From: Podarcis pityusensis | Taxonomy: Eukaryota | Length of the DNA stretch: 64,000 bases | Assembly: GCA_964106645.2 (NCBI GenBank) | Contig: OZ067046.1 | Direction: 5' to 3' (one strand) | Shown: piece by piece, positions 60,388 through 64,000 of the stretch | Position numbering within the stretch: position 1 is the stretch's first letter | Layout of the letters: each line of letters opens with the position of its first letter | Program-made: the position numbers and the translations under genes | Notes under the pieces: generated by a model | The model's database searches: none | Seen by the model: only the letters and a program-made list of their open reading frames with translations | Told to the model about the DNA's origin: nothing

Positions 60388-60531
60388 TCACATGGACGCT
60401 AGGAGGAATGTACTGGTAGAAGTGGAACACCACATCACCAACCAGCCGTTCATGGCCAGTGACAGCGCTGAGCTGGAGCCGTCAGAAGCTAGGTGGGTGG
60501 CATCTTGTAGAAGCTTCTCCTCTGCAGATAC
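60388..60531 (-). CDS. GFRA4: GDNF family receptor alpha-4 terminal coding exon (C-terminal GPI-signal region)
   Basis: Minus-strand acceptor ttttctctttccAG, then VSAEEKLLQDATHLASDGSSSALSLAMNGWLVMWCSTSTSTFLLASM-TGA (144 nt). Resembles the chicken GFRA4 C-terminus as I recall it ([20 protein letters not shown]...LQLW...MM) and fits the known ATRN-GFRA4 convergent synteny. Not present in the ORF track as a single call. Confidence 0.82.
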   Translation of the reverse strand, partial: VSAEEKLLQDATHLASDGSSSALSLAMNGWLVMWCSTSTSTFLLASM

Positions 60532-61323
60532 CTGGAAAGAGAAAACCAGCAAAGGCAGGGCGTTAACACCTGAATGAGTTGTTAGTCTGCGGCTCCATCT
60601 GTGCTATAGCAAGGCCTCCCCCAAAGAATCATGGGAACTGTAGTTTGTTAAGGGCAATGGGCTTGTTAGGAGGCCTCTCTCCCCATAACAGAGCTACAGT
60701 TCCCACAATTCCCTGGGAAGAGAGACTGACTGCTAAACCGCTCCAGGAACTGTACCCAAGTGAAGGGAACAGGGGACTGTGGTTTGATACTGAATCATGG
60801 AACTGTAGAGCTGGAAGGGACTTCAAAGGCCATCTAGTCCAGCCCCTGAAATGCAGGAATAAATGTGCAGTGCATTAATTGTATAGTGTGGATCTGAAGT
60901 GGGTGTATTTGGATTAGGTCAGGAGTGGGAGGGAAGCCGTGTTTGTGGTTCTAGCGCCAGGTAGAGTTCAGGGATGGGGGTCACATGAAAAGGCCTTCTC
61001 TGTGGTGGCGCCCCATCTCCGGAATGACCTCCCCTCTGAGGGTATCAGCTGGCAACCTTGTTATTAGCCTTTTATCCCAGGGAAAGAGTCTGACCAGGCC
61101 TATGGGAGGATGACTTCTTGCTTGTCTGTATGCATGATAGAGGTGTGTAGAAACATTTACATCCACTGGCTCCACCCACTTTTGCCTCTGGCCCCGCCCA
61201 GTAGTGCATGGCACCCACTGGTTGTGTAAAATTCCTGGAGGCAACAGCAGGTGGCGACAGAGCCAATGGTGTGCAGTTCATTCCTTTGCTCCTCTGTGTT
61301 GTGTTTGGAAGGAAACTGGTGGC

Positions 61324-61342
61324 CAGCGCCACCTGCTGGCTA
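61324..61342 (-). promoter_or_regulatory. CTCF consensus motif
   Basis: Minus strand TAGCCAGCAGGTGGCGCTG matches CCASYAGRKGGCRS; partner motif on + strand at 61243-61259. Confidence 0.55.
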
Positions 61343-61530
61343 GCTGTGAGAAAGCAGGCAGGCAGGCGGGAGACGGATGAAGGCAGACAGGGTCCCCATT
61401 TGCCCAGATGAACCAGCCTCCTCTGTCCTCGTCCACTTCTGGGATGTGGCCCCTAAAAGCTTGACAAGAAGGGAATGCGGCCCTCAAAGTCTATCAAAGG
61501 TTTCGTGTCTCTCCCTTACGACAAAAGAAA

Positions 61531-62077
61531 GATTCAGGGAGGTAGATGTGTTGGTCTGACGCAGTCAGTATATATATATTGTCCAGTAGCACCTTAGAGA
61601 CCAACTAAGTTTGTTCTTGGTACAAGCTTTCGTGTTCCAAAGATTATACCAAGAACAAACTTAGTTGGTCTCTAAGGCGCTGTCGTCTAAACCACAGAGC
61701 CTAGGACTTGCCGATCAGAAGTTTGGCGGTTCGAATCCCCGCGACGGGGTGAGCTCCCGTTGCTCGGTCCCTGCTCCTGCCCACCTAGCAGTTCGAAAGC
61801 ACATCAAAGTGTAAGTAGATAAATAGGTACTGCTCTGGCGGGAAGGTAAATGGCGTTTCCGTGCGCTGCTCTGGTTCGCCAGAAGCGGCTTGGTCATGCT
61901 GGCCACATGACCCAGAAAAACTGTCTGCGGACAAACGTCAGCTCCCTCGGCCTATAGAGTGAGATGAGCGTGTGACCCCAGAGTCGTCCGCGACTGGACT
62001 TAACAGTCAGGGGTACCTTTACCTTTACCTTTGAGGTGCTACTGGACAATTATTTTTTTTTTAATATATATTTCAAC
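61531..62077. mobile_element. Inverted Penelope pLTR pair interrupted by a Sauria SINE
   Basis: ttgtccagtagcaccttagagaccaactaagtttgttcttggta (61579-61622) and its reverse complement taccaagaacaaacttagttggtctctaagg..[SINE]..gtgctactggacaa. Confidence 0.78.
61682..62032 (+). mobile_element. Sauria SINE (5'-clipped, variant 3' part)
   Basis: taaaccacagagcctaggacttgccgatcag.. to (ACCTTT)3 tail; flanks aggcgct/aggtgct. Confidence 0.9.
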
Positions 62078-63199
62078 AAAAAGAAAGCATCTGAAGTATT
62101 TCTAAAGAACAACAAAGCAATAACACGAGCAGCACAAAAGATGGGTATTTCCTTCCCCCCAGTCTTACAACCAAACATAGGAGCCAACTCGCAGGGTCAA
62201 GGTGCCTTCAGCCCCCCCAAGAAAATACTTGAAGGGGACACCCCCCCAAGTAAATAGGCACTGCCATTCAAATGGTGTGTGCATGGCATGTCTTGTGATC
62301 CATTATGCGGGGCATGGCTTACCCGGGCCCCCTGATATTTGATTCAAGTTGGCACCCCTGCAACCAAAAGACCCCTTTACCTGGAGATGGCAGAGATAAG
62401 CCAAAGTGAGCGTGTGCCTGACGGTTCACCTGCAGCCTCTTTGTGGCTGCTGTCAGAGCCCCAAAATAGGTACCAGGATCTGTCTGAGGCAAGGTGATCA
62501 AACAGCCGCTTGCTATATTAAGCCGCAGCTCGCAGCCAAGGCCATGATGAATAGGTGAGTCTCGACTCTCGATAGCTCATGTTCAGATCTGAACACTTTG
62601 CAGCTAGCGAGGTCCTAGATCTGAGTTACACAAACACTTTGTGCTAAGCATATCACACCCCCCCCCCCCTTACGCCGGTGGGTACCAGGCTTACATCTTA
62701 GTTCTGGTTATCCAAAGAATTGTCAGAAACAAGGGAAAACTGAAGCAGCTATGGATTTAGCTGCATTTCTGCTCCCTCACCTGCGCTTCTCTCCTCGAGG
62801 GAAATGCCATAGGTCAGGGGTAGAACATCTGCTCTGAATGCAGAAGGTCTCCGGTTCAGCCCCGACAGCATCTTCAGGGAGGCCTGGGAGAGGCACTCCT
62901 CCGAACTGGCTGCTGCCAGTCAGTGTAGACAAGGCATGAGGGATCTCCAGCCAACTTAGACCTGGCACAGGTTCGAATCTGGCCCAGGGGGCCATTTGCC
63001 CCCAAGCATGTCCTGCTGCCCCACATTTGATCTGAGTCATCAGGTAAATGGGCACATGAACATGCGGCTGCAAAGGAACATCCAGTAGTTTAAAATAGCC
63101 CTTTGGCTAGCAGAGCTCCTTTGGGGTGGCCTTTTTGCAGGTGTGGTTTGGTGTCAGGAGCAGGAGCTGGAGTCAGCAATTAAAAAACCAGTGTCCATT

Positions 63200-63590
63200 A
63201 AGGTAACTATAATAATAATAATATAATAATAATTTATTATTTGTACCCAGCCACTCTGGGCGGCTTCCACAAAAACCAAAAATACACTAAAACATCACAC
63301 ATTAAAAGCCTCCCTGAACAGGGCTGCCTTCAGATGTCTTCTGAATGTCAGGTAGTTGTTTATCACTTTGACATCTGCTGGGAGGGCTTTCCACAGGGCG
63401 GGCGCCACTACCGAGAAGGCCCTCTGCCTGGTTCCCTTTAGCTTTGCTTCTCGCAGTGAGGGAACCGCCAGAAGGCCCTCAGCGCTGGACCTCAGTGTTA
63501 GCCGCCCTGAGCCCAGTCTTGGCTGGGGAGGGCAGAGTATAAATAAAACTTATTATTAATTATTATTATTATATTATTATTATTATTACT
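63200..63590. mobile_element. Two L2 3' ends joined head-to-head
   Basis: Minus-strand L2 (~63210-63498) abuts the plus-strand 3' tip of the second L2 subfamily (63496-63590); simple-repeat tails on both outer sides. Confidence 0.7.
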
Positions 63591-64000
63591 TTGTCTCTCT
63601 GGGTGGCGTGCAGAACCATTGCCTTCCACATTTGGCAGAGACAAATACTGGACGTGTGGGACGCACACAGTCCTGTTCCTGGAAATCTGTTGACTTTACT
63701 GCTTTGTGGCACGAATTTGGGGAGGCATACAGAAATGAGTTTCAGTCAATGGGGAAAATCTCTCTCTCTCCCCGGTTTCAGGAGAGACAGCTCCTCGGTC
63801 AGAGATGTAGCTTCACAAGCCTTTCTCCGTAAGCTGGGAGTAGGGATGTTAGATGCCGTTTCTTTGAAACCTCCTGCTCCTCTGTCTAATCGGCTTAGCT
63901 CTTCTCTTATCCCACAGCTGCTGGGCGCCAGGAGGAGTTAAAGATGGCAAAAGGAAGTTCAGCTCCGAGCATGGAAGAAACGGCGGCAGCAGCCAAAGAA

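Noticed and set aside
62381-62485. Possible penultimate GFRA4 exon (minus-strand AG...GTAAAG)
   Set aside because: Translation lacks the expected NAIQAFGNG motif and shows no convincing similarity; the upstream exon is probably beyond the window.
1-64000. CRISPR arrays, operons or other prokaryotic systems
   Set aside because: Spliced vertebrate genes and vertebrate TEs throughout; the only tandem repeats are microsatellites and MITE subrepeats, with no repeat-spacer pattern.

Overview
Vertebrate genomic DNA, not prokaryotic. The repeat content (Sauria SINEs, BovB, CR1, L2, Penelope) points to a squamate, most likely a lacertid lizard (inference). The window holds the last four coding exons of attractin (ATRN, + strand: 4385-4463, 22162-22269, 32020-32134, 33993-34117) and a probable ~6.7 kb 3'UTR ending near 40.85-40.9 kb. 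Convergent with it is the terminal coding exon of GFRA4 (- strand, 60388-60531), matching the known tail-to-tail ATRN/GFRA4 synteny. Most of the rest is intron or intergenic DNA rich in truncated and often nested transposons; nearly all listed ORFs are spurious or TE fragments. I found no evidence of a wholly new system. The most notable non-obvious items are: a well-formed minimal hammerhead ribozyme motif in a 93-bp Penelope insertion just past the GFRA4 stop; an ERV LTR ending in a poly(A)-like tail instead of U5 (apparent LINE-made retrocopy); a four-level TE nest; an in-frame-skippable ATRN exon carrying the MASRPF motif and flanked by inverted L2 copies; a sense L1 poly(A) signal in the intron splitting the ATRN transmembrane segment; and a convergent CTCF motif pair in GFRA4. 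Family and gene names come from recognition of the sequence, not from database searches.
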